Source of the DNA: Negaprion brevirostris
Taxonomy: Eukaryota
DNA length: 64,000 nt
Assembly: GCA_030324005.1 (NCBI GenBank)
Contig: JARDVH010000130.1
Location: 34,726,009-34,790,008, forward strand
Direction: 5' to 3'
Positions 38,911 through 51,744 of this stretch are shown here, one piece after another. Under the pieces are notes generated by a model. That model was not told the DNA's origin and did not search any database. It worked only from the letters and a program-made list of their open reading frames with translations. Both the position numbers and the translations under genes were made by a program. The first letter of the stretch is position 1. Each line of letters starts with the position of its first letter.

Positions 38911-40926
38911 CATGAGAAAATGATTAGTTAAGAATGTGGCAAATCTTTAGAATTAGGTACCTCTGTAAGAAGCAAATAACTTTTGTCTGAGGGACAAATG
39001 GACTGCTACATTGACAGGCCCTGACACTTTATATTATGCATGTAGGAGAGTAACATTATGAAAGCTTACATTTGCAACAGTCCATCGACATGACTAGACG
39101 TTCAGTTAGTGTTTGCCTCCAAATTTCTCCTACTGTTGATACAAAAAATGGAATTTCCACATTTTCAGGACATTACCCTATTCGGGCATGCTTTAAGAGA
39201 TCATCCCCATGTAGCTGCACAATGTTATGATCTTGTCATTCAGCCTTCTTGTTCAATTTTGATTTACAGTATAACACGCTTCAGCACAGAAGACTTCCAA
39301 CAAAAGCTCATCCTTAAATTTTTGCTTCAAGTAATATACATCAATATCATTCACAAGCCTCATTTTGAGCACTAAAATCACCACCACAAATCAGGCTCAA
39401 CACACTTCAGTTCATAATGGGAGGCTGTTAATGATTTACAATAGGATGCAAGCTATTCTTCCAGTGCAATCATTAGAGTGCCAACAATAGGTATGTCGAT
39501 CATGAGGTTATACAGTTGTATACTTCACTCAGACAGTTTTGATAAAGAGCATTAAAACTTTTAATTAGTGAGCTGCCTGTTTAAACAAAAAGGCAATGTG
39601 CAAGAACAATGCATTGTCTATTTATACACAGGGCAGGATTGGGATGTACAAACAGCAATATAAGAACATAACCATTCAGTTCACCAAGTCTGTTTGATCT
39701 TTCGATTATGGCTGATCAATACTTCAGAATCATTTACTTGCCTTTTCTCCATATCTTTCAATACCAATTAAAATCTGTCCACTTTAGTCCTAAATTTCAA
39801 TTGAACCAGAATCCCCACCCTGTTTGAAGAGTTCCAGATGTCCACATTTTTTCCACTAAAAACGTACTCCTGATTATGACCTTTTGCTCTGGATTGCTCC
39901 ACCAAGGGAAATTTTGAGATATATACTCCATCAAATTCCTTAATTTTTTTTTTAAAACCTTGTTAGATCACCCTTTCTCCATTTGGGGGAAAACAGAACA
40001 ATTTTATGCAATCCAACTTTATAATGCAACCCTTTCAAACTCTGATAGCGTGCTGATTAAAAACAGACTCCAATCACAGTACAACTGAAACATTGTTTCC
40101 TCATGTTTGTATTTCAAGCTGCTTGAACTGGAAGCAAAATGTTCCATTAGCGTCTCTGCNNNNNNNNNNNNNNNNNNNNNNNNNNNNNNNNNNNTTTTGT
40201 GCAATAAAGCTTTGCTCCTTTACAGCTCTTAATCTCATTCTATTAAGACAATATTCTAATTTGGCTTTTACAGCTCCGAAGCGGCTGGCCATTTTCAACA
40301 ATTGGATTTTTACTTCAATTGCTTTCAAGCACCAATGAACATGAGACGGCTCCCCAAAATGATAAAATGCTTTTAAGCATCCTATCTCCTCAGAATCTTA
40401 ATTTGAAAAGATCAGTTAATGCAATACTTTTCATCACAGCAATTGCAGAAGGGTTTATTCACTTTTTTTATATATGCACATTCATATATTAGTTTTACAT
40501 GTTTGAGACTGGCACATAGTCAGACTGGTGGACAATTGTCATTCTGTTTTCTTCTCCAGGAGGCAATTGTGGAGGTGGATCAGAATTGTTGTGCCTATGA
40601 TTTCCATCTGGCATCAGCCTGCATTACTCTGTGAAAACTGTCAAATGTTTGTTTTCTATTTGTACTGGTAATGACTGCTTCACTAAACAATAAAAAAAGC
40701 GTTTTTTTTAAGTCAAGCAGTTGAATCAAGTATGCTTTTTGTTGTTTAAAAAAAGGCCAACACCTTTTGTTAGAAAAAAGTCAGCTCTAGGGAGGAGTTA
40801 CTGAACCAGTGTCATGAGATGGGTAATTTTGTTCACACATTAAGAAAGGGCCAGATTGCTGAAGCTCCATCTCACAGGTTAATTCAGCACTCATGATCAA
40901 GCCCAGTAGCTCCCAGCCACTTTCCA

Positions 40927-41077
40927 TGATGAAATCATCAACGCCTACTACTGTTTAAGCAAAAATATTCAGTGTCATCAGCTGCTTCAATGGATAAAAT
41001 AGCTTCCTTGCCAAGAATGAAGCAGCTGATGACACTGCATATTTTTGTTTAAACAGTAGGCATTTATGATTTCATCA
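40927..41077. repeat. Long imperfect inverted repeat (arms 40927-40989 and 41018-41077, 28-nt spacer)
   Basis: Left arm tgatgaaatcatcaacgcctactactgtttaagcaaaaatattcagtgtcatcagctgcttca versus reverse complement of the right arm tgatgaaatcataaatgcctactgtttaaacaaaaatatgcagtgtcatcagctgcttca. Confidence 0.93.
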
Positions 41078-42025
41078 AGGCAAATGTATTTGAGGAGTTA
41101 CTGCAACACTGACATGAACAGCAACAAGAAACGGATCAGACATGATCAAGGTGGATGCAATCTCTCTGGAGTCACAGTCTATCTCCTCACTGAAAAATGC
41201 AATGCCAAAGATAAATAATTTATGGGAACATATACTTAGAAATACAAAACTATGAATTGTTAAAACATTTTCACAGTTCAGGAACCTAGACCTGCTACAA
41301 TTGGTGGCAAACTATGCTGTGCACATCAAGTAAGCATCAGTGTCTGGATCATCTCTCAAATAAAATGCCTATACCTGCAATCCTATCATGGAGGCATTGC
41401 ACAACCTAAAAGACAGAAAAAAGTTTTCAGCCTAAGTTGAAGCAATTAATATTGAACAGCAGAATGTTTACAGCCATTTTAGTTAGCATGAGCCTCAAGT
41501 CAAAAAATAGAGAGGCAGCAGTCAATGAGTAATGGGTTTATATCTCTGCTCACTGCAAAGAGGGTAAATTAATTTAAATGCTTAATTTGGGAACACACTC
41601 CATTTCAATACTTAACTAAAACCCCTTTTATCAAATGTCCTGAAATGTGTACATTATGCAACCGGCACAATAGCACACTGTATAGAAGTTTATTGCTTCA
41701 TTATCCAGGGCAGGGGTGGCTGAACTGCAATCCATGAGTCACAAACAGCTCTTGAGCCCTGGCAACAAAGCTCAAAATTCCCAGGTGATTCTACTCATAT
41801 TATATTTCTAATTCGCTCGTTTATCCTGTCCGAATATTATAAGCCTACAGATACTCCTTGTGCTGCTGTCTCTCAGGCGGAGAAATGATAAAGTCAAACA
41901 TGAGATCTACTGGTATCATCTACATGAAAAATTAGAAACAAGTACAACTTTTTATATGGCCCAGTCAGCTCCACAGCTTAATTCTAACAGCCTACAGAAA
42001 AATAAGTTTTCTAATGCATTATTAA

Positions 42026-42093
42026 CCCTGCAGGTGAAGTAATATGGTATCTTAAGAAATGCCTTAAGATACCATATTACTTCACCTGCAGGG
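42026..42093. repeat. Perfect inverted repeat, 31-bp arms with a 6-nt loop
   Basis: ccctgcaggtgaagtaatatggtatcttaag-aaatgc-cttaagataccatattacttcacctgcaggg. Confidence 0.97.
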
Positions 42094-43168
42094 GCAATTC
42101 ATCGTCTGTCCAACTACGAGGGCTAGGTAATAATCCTGTATTCTAAGTGGTGCTCCTCTGCCTTGATTTCTTTGTCACCAAGGTTCCAATCCTCTTTAGC
42201 CTCTTTCTCATTTTAATGCTAAAATCTCTTCATGACGAAAAGCCTCAAAGGTCTACTTCTGTCCCTGTGTTGCACCCGTTCTTTGTAGTTTTTCCTGCCC
42301 TACAACCTCCAGAATAATCTGTTCATCTGGTTTCCTGAGCATCAAGCCCCCACTGCACTAATGGTAGCCAAGTCTTCAGGACACACACTTGGAATTCACC
42401 TCCCAAAATTGCACTACCTCATTACCTCGCTCAACTCCTTTAAGATACAATTTGACCAAGCTCTAGGTCATCACCACCCCTTCAACTCTGATCATTAATT
42501 CCTTATGTCTGTAAGATACCATGAAGCACTTTTATCACATTAGGAGTGTTATATAAATTAAGTTCTTGTTGCGGTATTCCACAGAATTTCAGAGTGCATT
42601 TTAAAAGTTATGATTCAATAGGTTATACAGCAAAATCTGGTCAGTGTTGTCACTTTAGCTGAAGCCAGGACAGAAAAAAGATACTGAATATCTGAGCAAC
42701 ACCATACAATTCACATTGCGCAAAACAATGAAACATACTACATTTTAATTAAAAGGCACATTAATTTGGGACAACTGTGCATGCCTGGCTGAAAACCCTG
42801 AACCCAGACTTGCATGAGAAGCATGGTCACATGGATAAAGCACTAGAGAACAATCCCTGACATCTAAACAAAACATTCAGGAAGAGGCATATTTAAGGGA
42901 TGCATTGTAAGAGGAGTGCAAAAGAAGACAAGAAACAATGTGGCATTCTGTCATACTTTGCCTCACTGGCCATTGTTCGTGCCTGAGCCTGGATATTGGC
43001 AAATTAATTAAACCTGTGGTGATGGTTAGCGGCTGGAAGGGAAAGTAATATTGCAGTAAATGCCTTGAAAAGGGGGTTCTGGCCAGAGCCCATCATTCAC
43101 GTGGCTATATCAGGATTATAAATTCTCTCAGTAAAATGTACTTCAACGATTTTTGATTCTGGGCTTAC

Positions 43169-43255
43169 TTTTTTGCCAATCAACTTCTTCCGTAGAAATT
43201 CTCGAGCCTCAAACATGTAAGGAATGTCATAGAGAGGTCGCAGTTTCCTTCGATC
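43169..43255 (-). CDS. SND1: Internal coding exon of staphylococcal nuclease and tudor domain-containing 1 (Tudor-SN/p100), 87 bp, phase 0/0, SN-domain region
   Basis: The minus strand reads ...tttttctttgttttgtccttAG|gat cga agg aaa ctg cga cct ctc tat gac att cct tac atg ttt gag gct cga gaa ttt cta cgg aag aag ttg att ggc aaa aaa|GTaagc, giving [29 protein letters not shown]. This matches the vertebrate SND1 peptide I recall (..[26 protein letters not shown]..). Canonical AG/GT sites, and the length is divisible by 3. Confidence 0.96.
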
Positions 43256-43288
43256 CTAAGGACAAAACAAAGAAAAATCTGGTTAAAA
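43256..43288 (-). promoter_or_regulatory. 3' splice site of the SND1 exon: polypyrimidine tract and branch-point-like motif
   Basis: Minus strand ttttaac-cag-atttttctttgttttgtccttag lies directly before the exon. The acceptor AG is plus-strand 43256-43257. Confidence 0.8.
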
Positions 43289-44039
43289 CATTGATGGATA
43301 ACTGAAGAGCAGCTGGGTAACTATCTGAACAATCAATAGGTATAAAATTGTGTTTCTCATCCAAAAACTGTATTCTACAAAAGTTTAATGAATTTTAACT
43401 TTTGGATCTCATTGCTTAAAAATATAACCTCTCATGCTTTAAAGCTGTTGTTATTCAACACAGTTGTAGCTGGTAACGATTATTTGGTCTGCATCATAAC
43501 TACTCAGTTTCATTATTAAAAATCAGAGTCAGAAACACCAATAAAACTGATATGCAATGCCAATGGCCAAACGATACCTTTGTTTTCCCTGCTCTTCCCT
43601 CAACACGAATATGAAACCTTTATGAGCAACATCCTTTCTTGGAAAGGGAGATTATGATATTGTATTTGTGAAAAATAAACAATATAGTTAGGAACCAAAA
43701 AAGGGAGATTAGGAATATTAAAGAAGGCTATGGAAGTGTGTCATCTAGTATTTGGGACAGTGAGAAATGCAGAATCAGAATTTTGCCTCTGTATACAAAA
43801 AAAGAACCATAGGAATAAGTGAGGAGGATGCGGAAGAACCACTGCTGGCCATGAACTGTGAGACATCCATAAAGTTAGGTGTATCAGAAACAGAATAACC
43901 ATCAGGCCTAGGCACAGAACACAAAATAGCTTAAGGAAATAACAGAGACACAAACTATAATTTTACAAAAATTAGAAAGGGGGAGGGGATAGATATAAAG
44001 GATTTTTTTCAAAAAAGGCAACATACTACATCCAAAAAC

Positions 44040-44270
44040 AGGTAAGGCATGGATTTAATGTACATCTTTCGTGTCTTCCAGGCATCCTGAAGCACTTGGT
44101 AGCTAATTAAGTGCTTCTGAAGTGGAATCACTGACACAACATCAAGATGGTGCAGCATTCCCTCACCAAATTGTCAGCTTAAATGATACATTAATGTATC
44201 TGAAGTGCGGCTTTGAATAATCTTCCGACTTAGAAGCAACAGTGCTATCACTGAATGAAGAGTGACATTT
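44040..44270 (-). mobile_element. Deu-domain SacSINE1-like SINE (degenerate)
   Basis: gtgcagcattcctcacc...tgtcagct...ctgaagtgcggctttgaa..atcttccgacttagaagcaacagtgctatcactga. Confidence 0.6.
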
Positions 44271-46859
44271 GTATTAAGCATGCACTAAATCAAGGTTGGA
44301 TAACTTGGATGTGTACGTTGGAGGCAGTGCTCAATTAACATGTGTTTTGTTTTCAGGAACTCCAAGTGTATGGTTATGTGGAATGCAAAGTTGTATCCAT
44401 GAATGTTGGCAGCATTTAACAAAGGCACAAAGTATTCAACAGAAGCAACCAAATGGATAGAGTATAACCAAAGGTTGGAAAGCAACACTGAGGTAAATAG
44501 ATATTTTTCAGATTGATGGGATATAGGTAGTGTCATGTCCCAGGGACTGGCGCTGAAATATCAGAACAGGCATAAGCCATTTAGTCCCTTGAGCCTGGTC
44601 CTCCACTCAATTACATCATGGTTGATTTTTGACCTATATACCCTCCTTTGCTCCATATTCCAAACTTCTACCATCCCTTATGTGTGAATGTGTTTCCTAT
44701 TTTCACTCCAACATGGTCTCATTTTAATTTTTAGACTACACCCCCTAATTGCAGATTTCCTAACCACAATGTTGTTGCACTGACATGGCAAACCAGCTCC
44801 ATTTTCTTTTTGTGTTCCTAGCTGATAAAACCAAGTTAGGACAAGTAATCAGGTAAGAAAGTGATAAAGTAACAAGAATTATCAGAAGCCATTTAAAAAA
44901 AAGGTTATAAAAAATTCAAGTTTCCCAAATCCAATTGCTCACCAAAAACTGTAAGTCTTCAATTACAATACATAAAAGGGTGGTCAGAACTTTAAGGGAA
45001 AAATGAGTTCTGCCTAAAAATATTAATCTTAACTTCGACAATCAACACTTTGTAACAACATACTTATCCTTTTCTTTTAGATACCGCCTGGACCTGCTGA
45101 GTTATTTGCTTTTATTACAGAAATCACCACATTGATTTGAGAATGTGGCACAATGTTGCCATCCCACCCTTCAAACATAGCATAAATCTTGAAAAGCATT
45201 TCTAAATTTATTAACAAAAAGTCACAAATCCATTTAGTATTAAAAACAAGGCACGTTTTGATTTGGCATAAGGTTGCATCACAATTCCACCAACAATCTG
45301 AATATGATGTTCCAAGCAGGGATTATTTCTGCTACCCAACCTGGGCCGTTATTTTCCTAGGTGGGTGGGTTAAGCAAGTTGCAGTTGGACCTGGTTTCCA
45401 GCCAGCAATGGAGCTTTGCATAACATGAAGATTTCACACATGTTGTCACGCTACTTGGTGAGAAATTTCTGTTTTCAAACAAAACATCAACTGCACAACT
45501 GTTAAATTTAATTATGTCTTGCTTTAAAAATATCCTTCCTTTGTTGGTTGTGAAGCACATTGTGATCTCCTGTGGTGGGAAAGGCAACTACATAAAGGCA
45601 GACTAAATAAATGAAAGTCCTGAGTGTCAGTGCTATGTTTGTTGATCAAGTATTCCCAAGTCAGCAATAACAAATGAAGTTTCCTCTACACTTGTCAATC
45701 AGCACACATTGTGATGTTTTAGAAAAGATGTTTTAAACCCAACCCTTCAGAGACAATTGGTATAATTTCAGAGCACCACTAAACAAATAAAATGAACAGA
45801 TACTTTGGTCTACAGCAATTTTAATATAAATAATTTGAACATCACAGATACACTAGGATATATGTGTACAATCTATGGGCCGGACCAGATGCAGAGAAAT
45901 CAACTACTACTAGACTGATGATCAGAAGCTCAAAGACCTAAGGAAATTTCTCATGTTACTGTTCTATCAAATAAAGGGCAGACCAGGACACAATTATCAG
46001 TTCCAAGCCAGTCATCCTTAAAAAAAAGCATATCTATTTACTATAGTCTCCAAGATGAATTTCCATGGCACTTTCTTTTTAATTAATCTGACAGCAAGAC
46101 CTCAACAACAAATGTACAAAACGATGTCATAATATGATGTCTCTGCACCTCTCATCACTCAATTTTGCAGCTGCTTGTTGAATTAGGATCACTCTCCAAC
46201 TTCATCCAAGTAGTCATTCTCCATCTTTGGCAGAAAGCTACCTGAGCAGAGCCTTACTTTGTTCTCACTTGAGGTCTCAGTGTACAAGGCCATCAGGGAC
46301 GAACAGGTACTTTTTGTGGCTAATGCTGATGCAGGACGTCATTGCTTGTGCAAGACAACAATGGAGATTGCTTTCTTTCACTCGAAAAATCCTAGTCATC
46401 TTTGCTATCCTCCAGTGGCGCATTTAATACATCAGGACCAGGACGGGAAAGGAAAACCAGCTTTAAAGAGCATCACATGCAAGCTAGAAAGAAAAATCCT
46501 TCATAATAGCAGATTTTGAAATGTATAGAACTCCAGTTAATTGCAAGTGAAACCTCCCTTCCAAGTGCTATAATAGAACAGTTTAAATTTTGGACATCAC
46601 AATGACGCTTAAGTTTCCGTACAGCACAAAGGATGCAAATAAATGGGATCAAGTGGCAACTTGTTGGGACGGTCAAGACTGGACCCTTTTTGATGTAACA
46701 AAGTATAGGTGTTCCCACCCTACTATGTGCTCAAGGCAGAAATATTGACCAATGTCCATCATTCTGTTCTCATGCTCTGGTGAAGCAGATGCATGCAGAG
46801 AAGCCACGTCTGAAATCCATTTGATCAAATATGTGAGCTTTGCCATTTTTAAGACTGCA

Positions 46860-48250
46860 AGCGTGTTCATTATCAACATTTACATCTTAATGCAAGATGT
46901 AACAGCACTAGCTTGGCGAATGAAATACTGGGTTTATTGGGCAGATGTCATGAAAGCATTCAACATCACCAGCAGAGCAGCATTCTGCAAGATTTTAAAG
47001 AACACTGGCAGTTTATGGAAGCTCCTTAACATCATCATTCTTTCTGTGACAACATGCGCAATATTGTACTGTTGACCATTCCACTTTGGACAGTTTCAAA
47101 GTGAGGAATGGAGTGAAACCGGACCCTGTTCTGGCCCCAAACTTTATTGGACATTTTCTTCTCAATAGTCCTGACGTTTGCCTTCCCTGCAGATATAGAA
47201 GGATTCCTGCACACGAGGTCAGACTGCAAATTCTACAATCCGTTCAGATTAAAATAGTAGACAAAGTACAGCACATCTTGTCCAAGGAATTTCTCTACGC
47301 AGACGATGCCATTCTAATCACCCACACAGAAACTCGGCTTGAGAGACTCAGATAGTCTTTCCATAGCCTGCAATCTGTTGTCCTTTACTACAAGCATCAA
47401 GAAAACTGTAATCATGGGAGAGGGTGTCATATATTCACCCTCAGCCACACTAAACACAACTTCAGTGGGAGTGATGAGCAAATTATGCTACTTTGGGCCT
47501 GGGCAACAGAGATCTGACTCTTGATACAGAACCTAATATACAAGGAGAAAGAATCTCACTCACGCCAATGAACTAAAATTATGTACGAAAACAAACTGAG
47601 CTTCCAGAGCAAGATGTTGATTTAAAAGGCCTGTTTTTTCGGCATACTGATGTACAGCTGTGAATAATGGGTGACCTACAGCCATCAAGGAAGCTCAACA
47701 ATGTTCAATTTGGATGTCTGCAGCACTTTCTCAGCATCTTAAAAAGCATTTAGAACAGTTACAAGGGTACGATGGGTATAGAGGGATATGAGCCAAATGC
47801 GGGCAACTGGGATTAGTTTAGGGGTTTAAAAAAAGAGGCATGGACAAGTTGGGCCGAAGGGCCTGTTTCCATGCTGTAACCCTCTATATCATGGATCGGT
47901 CAAAATCGTAAATGAGAGTCAGTTGACGCCTAATCTCCATTTCCAGGATACTTGCAAGCATGACTTGAAGGCCCCAAACACTGATTTTCAAATGTGGGAG
48001 AAGCTAGTTAAGAAGAGAAAAATAACATAGTACATGGGTAGATGTGGACCAGCACCACAATCACTGCCTGCAGAGGTTTGACAGATGCACCTATGCCAAG
48101 AACAGCATCCACAACAAAACCTAATAACCACCTTGTACACAGTATTTGTGGCAAAACCGGTCTCACATGAACTGGTCTTTTATCAGTCATCAGCAAATAT
48201 GCATGTGAAACTATTTCATCACCAATGGGTTTTGCTATACATCCATCATC
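46860..48250 (+). mobile_element. RTE-clade LINE relic (RT to C-terminus), interrupted by a CR1 tail at ~47740-47890
   Basis: ADVMKAFNITSRAAFCKILKNTG..WKLLNII, DSFKVRNGVKPDPVLAP (cf. GVKQGCVLAP), EFLYADDAILITHT...L; C-terminal zinc-finger relic ICGKTGLT.TGL..SHQ at ~48140. Confidence 0.85.
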
Positions 48251-48677
48251 ACTTGTAATGGAAGAATCCTTATGATTGCTGGGAATTAACAGTACATTGA
48301 CAGATTTGCATAAGTTCAGGACTGCTCTGCCATCTGGTTTCTAAAATCAGGTTAATGTATGTGTTAGATCAGATCTAGTTGGAACTCATCGATTGCTCAT
48401 GCTTTAATTCAACAAACTTCTTGAAAACATACGGGGGTCTGGGGACAATTCCCTCAACCGAATCAGTGAAATTCTTTCTAACCAATCTCATTAATCATGG
48501 AGATTGTGATTTGTATCAACATAGAAAGGAAAACCAACAACTTGAAATTGTTCTCTAGCCCCATAAACTTATACCTGTTTGAAGCAAAATCCAACACCAA
48601 ACACTATTATTTTTCCACCCTTTGTAAACTTCAACTCAAGGGTTAATAATTGGCCTTTTGGGGATTCAGAAGGTTTA

Positions 48678-48950
48678 AGGGTGGCATAGTGGTTGGCACT
48701 GCTGCCTCTCAGCACAAGGGATCCGGGTTCAATTTCAGCTCAGGTCATTGTCTGCGTGGAGTTTGCATGTTCGCCTGGTGTCTGCGTGGATTTCCTCCAG
48801 GTGCTCTGGTTTCTTCCCACAGTCCAAAGGTGTGAGAATTAGGTGGACTGGCCATGCTAAATTACCTCCTAGTGTTAGGGGAACTAGCTAGGCTAAATGC
48901 ATGGGGCTACAGGGATAGGGCTGGGTTGGACCACGGTTGGTGCAGACTTT
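48678..48950 (+). mobile_element. V-SINE/HE1-like SINE
   Basis: gggtggcatagtggttggcactgctgcctc...gggttcaattt...gtggagtttgcatgtt...ttcttcccacagtccaaagg...ggccatgctaaatt. Confidence 0.85.
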
Positions 48951-49519
48951 AATTTCTTAATTGAGTGTTTAATTTAGTAATAAATTATCTTCTAGTGTAA
49001 TCCTTGGGTTTATGCATGTAAGGCAAGCCCCTATCTTAACACCCATAAATTTGCAAGCTGTACACAGACATAAATTGAATAATTTTTAAAACACAGATGG
49101 GAGTTGTGCTTTGAGCACGAAGAACTCTCCCGTTGATCACCAGACCATGAACCCTGTCAAACTGACCCTCAAAAGTCCAGATGTTACAAAGGCATGGATA
49201 GGGGCTTGGATGACAGTTGAGTTGAGGCAAGGGAGGAGACAGGCAATGTTCTTTAAGTAGGCAGTCTTTATGATGGGAGGCTTTGATGAGCAAGTCTTCT
49301 TCTGGGTAAGACAATCCCAGAAAGAGAACTGAGTTAGTGGTGAGGGGGGAAGAGCAAAAGGCACAATTTTCTATCAAGTATTGGCAAGCTCAATGCCCTA
49401 GCCTTTCATTAATGTGCAAATTTTGGCCAATTAAATTCATTGCACAAAGGGATGATACTTAACAGCCATGCCTCTCAACTTTTCAAGCCCAGAAAAGAAA
49501 CATTTGAAACTATATCCCA

Positions 49520-49972
49520 AGTCTACAAGGGGTCCAGTTTTTTTTTATACTTATCCATCTTCACTTTAAATATTTCTAATGGCTCTGCCTCCAATACACT
49601 TTGGGGCAGAGATTTCCAGAGATTCACCACCCTCTGCGAGAAGAAATTTCTATGCACTTCAGTTTTAAATGACTGGCCCTTTATTGTGTAGTTAAGTCCC
49701 TTGTTCAAGACTCTCCCACAAGTGAAAACATCTTAACTATCTATCCTGTCATGTCCCCTCAGGATCTTGTATGTTTGAAAAAGGTCATCCTTCATTCTTC
49801 TAAACCCCAAGGACTACATGCCCAGGCTATTCAGTCTCTCTTAATAGGATGACCCTCTCCTCCCAGGAATTAGTCTGGTGAATCTCCTTTGGACTGCCAG
49901 CAACGTTACTCTATCCTTTTTAAGTTAAGGAGACCAAAACTGCATGCAGTATTTCAGGCAAGGCCTCACTAA
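49520..49972 (-). mobile_element. CR1-like LINE fragment
   Basis: ORF 49523-49708 GQSFKTEVHRNFFSQRVVNLWKSLPQSVLEAEPLEIFK. Confidence 0.9.
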
Positions 49973-51744
49973 AAATGTGGCTTTCATTATTAAATAAATC
50001 TGCAGCTGAGTTTGGAATAAACCTTTAAGAATATTCAAGAGTTAGCTCCCTATTCTCCAATTTACATTTTATAAGGTTCTGCAGATGTGAAGGATGCCAC
50101 TGCTCTGCCATACTGGAATGCATATGAGCAATGGTGTCATATTGCTGTTCACAGATGACTTAATGTACAACTTAATTCTTTAAAAAAACTCAAATCCAAC
50201 TGGAATAAAGGCCTCTGAAAGCCATTATATTTGCATTATTGCTGATGGGATGTTTTCACAGCTACTGCACACCTCACAACACAGATAATGTTGTTCAGGT
50301 ATTCTCACTATAAGAAAATTATCTAGTTGCCTGCACATGAGTGCAGAAACTATACAATCATTTAACCAGTTGCAAGTAGCAGAATAATATTGGCATGCCT
50401 TATGAAGATATAAAGACTCAAATTTAAATTCATATACAGGATGTCAGAGACTAGAGTGCCGCCATTTTCTTCCAAGGACTTGTAAGTCAAATCCTGTCCA
50501 AACTGGCATGATGAAGGTTTCTCCACTTTACTAAGTCAGGTAGAAGGCATTTGCAAATTGGCAGTGAAAAATTCACAGCTTAAAAAAGTTAATAATTTGG
50601 CAATCTCTAAGGTAATGGTGTAATAAAAACTTGCATCTAACCTCCCCGAGCCCAGACATTCTATATGAAATTCCAGGAGTAAAAATATACTTAGAACAAA
50701 ATTTATGTGGGACACAAATACAGTAATCCTGGAGGAGAGCAGGATATGCCACAAATAAGGAATCAAAAGCAATCATTAAGTCTTGAAACAGTTTGCCACA
50801 CAAATGAATTACAAGTAAAAGTCAACATCAAATTTTGGAGAAACATTCTCAGCTTCAGAATTACTTGAAATTCAACCTCTACTTTGTTTTAATCTAACAT
50901 GTCATAGAATTTCATTGGCAGCAGTGAAATATGATGTTATTTAGTACAATCAAAAACAAGCAGCACAGCATCAAGTCCTTTTGAAAGCTCCACATCTTAA
51001 GTGAGACCCGCAATTAGGAACTTAAATTATCACATCAAAAAAAAGTGTTTATATCCAGGCAATTAGATTTTTTGAAGAAGCTGCACCCCTTGGGAAGTGA
51101 GGGAGGTTTCCATTGTAGGGTTGCATGGAAGGATTGCCTACCAATTAGCGTCCTCAGTAACTGTTATGCACAGTTTATGCTATAATTGTCTTCTTAACTG
51201 AATAATTCGCAGTTTTCATTGTCACGGTGTGATTCCCTACCTCATGTCACCTTCCCCACCAACTGCCACTAACTCTCAAACACCCCATTATCATTTGCAC
51301 TTGCAGCTTGCCCTCATATTGTGCTTCCCCTCAACTGCAACTGTTTATCAAACAATTCTGAACGAAATCACAAAACCAACCTGAGCCTGTGGATCACTAA
51401 CATCGTGATCTGAAAGGAATGAAGCTACTCTGCTGGCCTTTTTATGTCTCCTGCTTTACATGGAATGGTTAGAACATAGGAAGAAACTAGCCTGCCAAGC
51501 CTGAAGGAACATTTCACCCATTTCCCCATAGCCCTGCAAATTTTGAAATAATGATGCAATTCCATTTGGAGAATTAATCATGCCTCCACAACACTCAGGA
51601 CGTGCATTGAGGCTACACAAGACCTTACCAGCTTGCTGTGTGAAATTGTGTCACCGTTGCTTCTTTTGCCAAGTACCTTAAATCTATACCTTCTGGCTCT
51701 CAATCCTTCAACTAATGAGAACAGCTTCTCCCTAGCTACAGTCT

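Noticed and set aside
40060-40100. Minus-strand SCTVIGV resembling the next SND1 exon (TCATVTIGG)
   Set aside because: The rest of the peptide does not match and there is no suitable donor or acceptor.
46200-46520. Exon-like, GC-richer stretch with an 86-aa ORF (46259-46519)
   Set aside because: No recognisable protein similarity or coherent splice pair, and it is not SND1. It could be non-coding conserved DNA, but I cannot support that.
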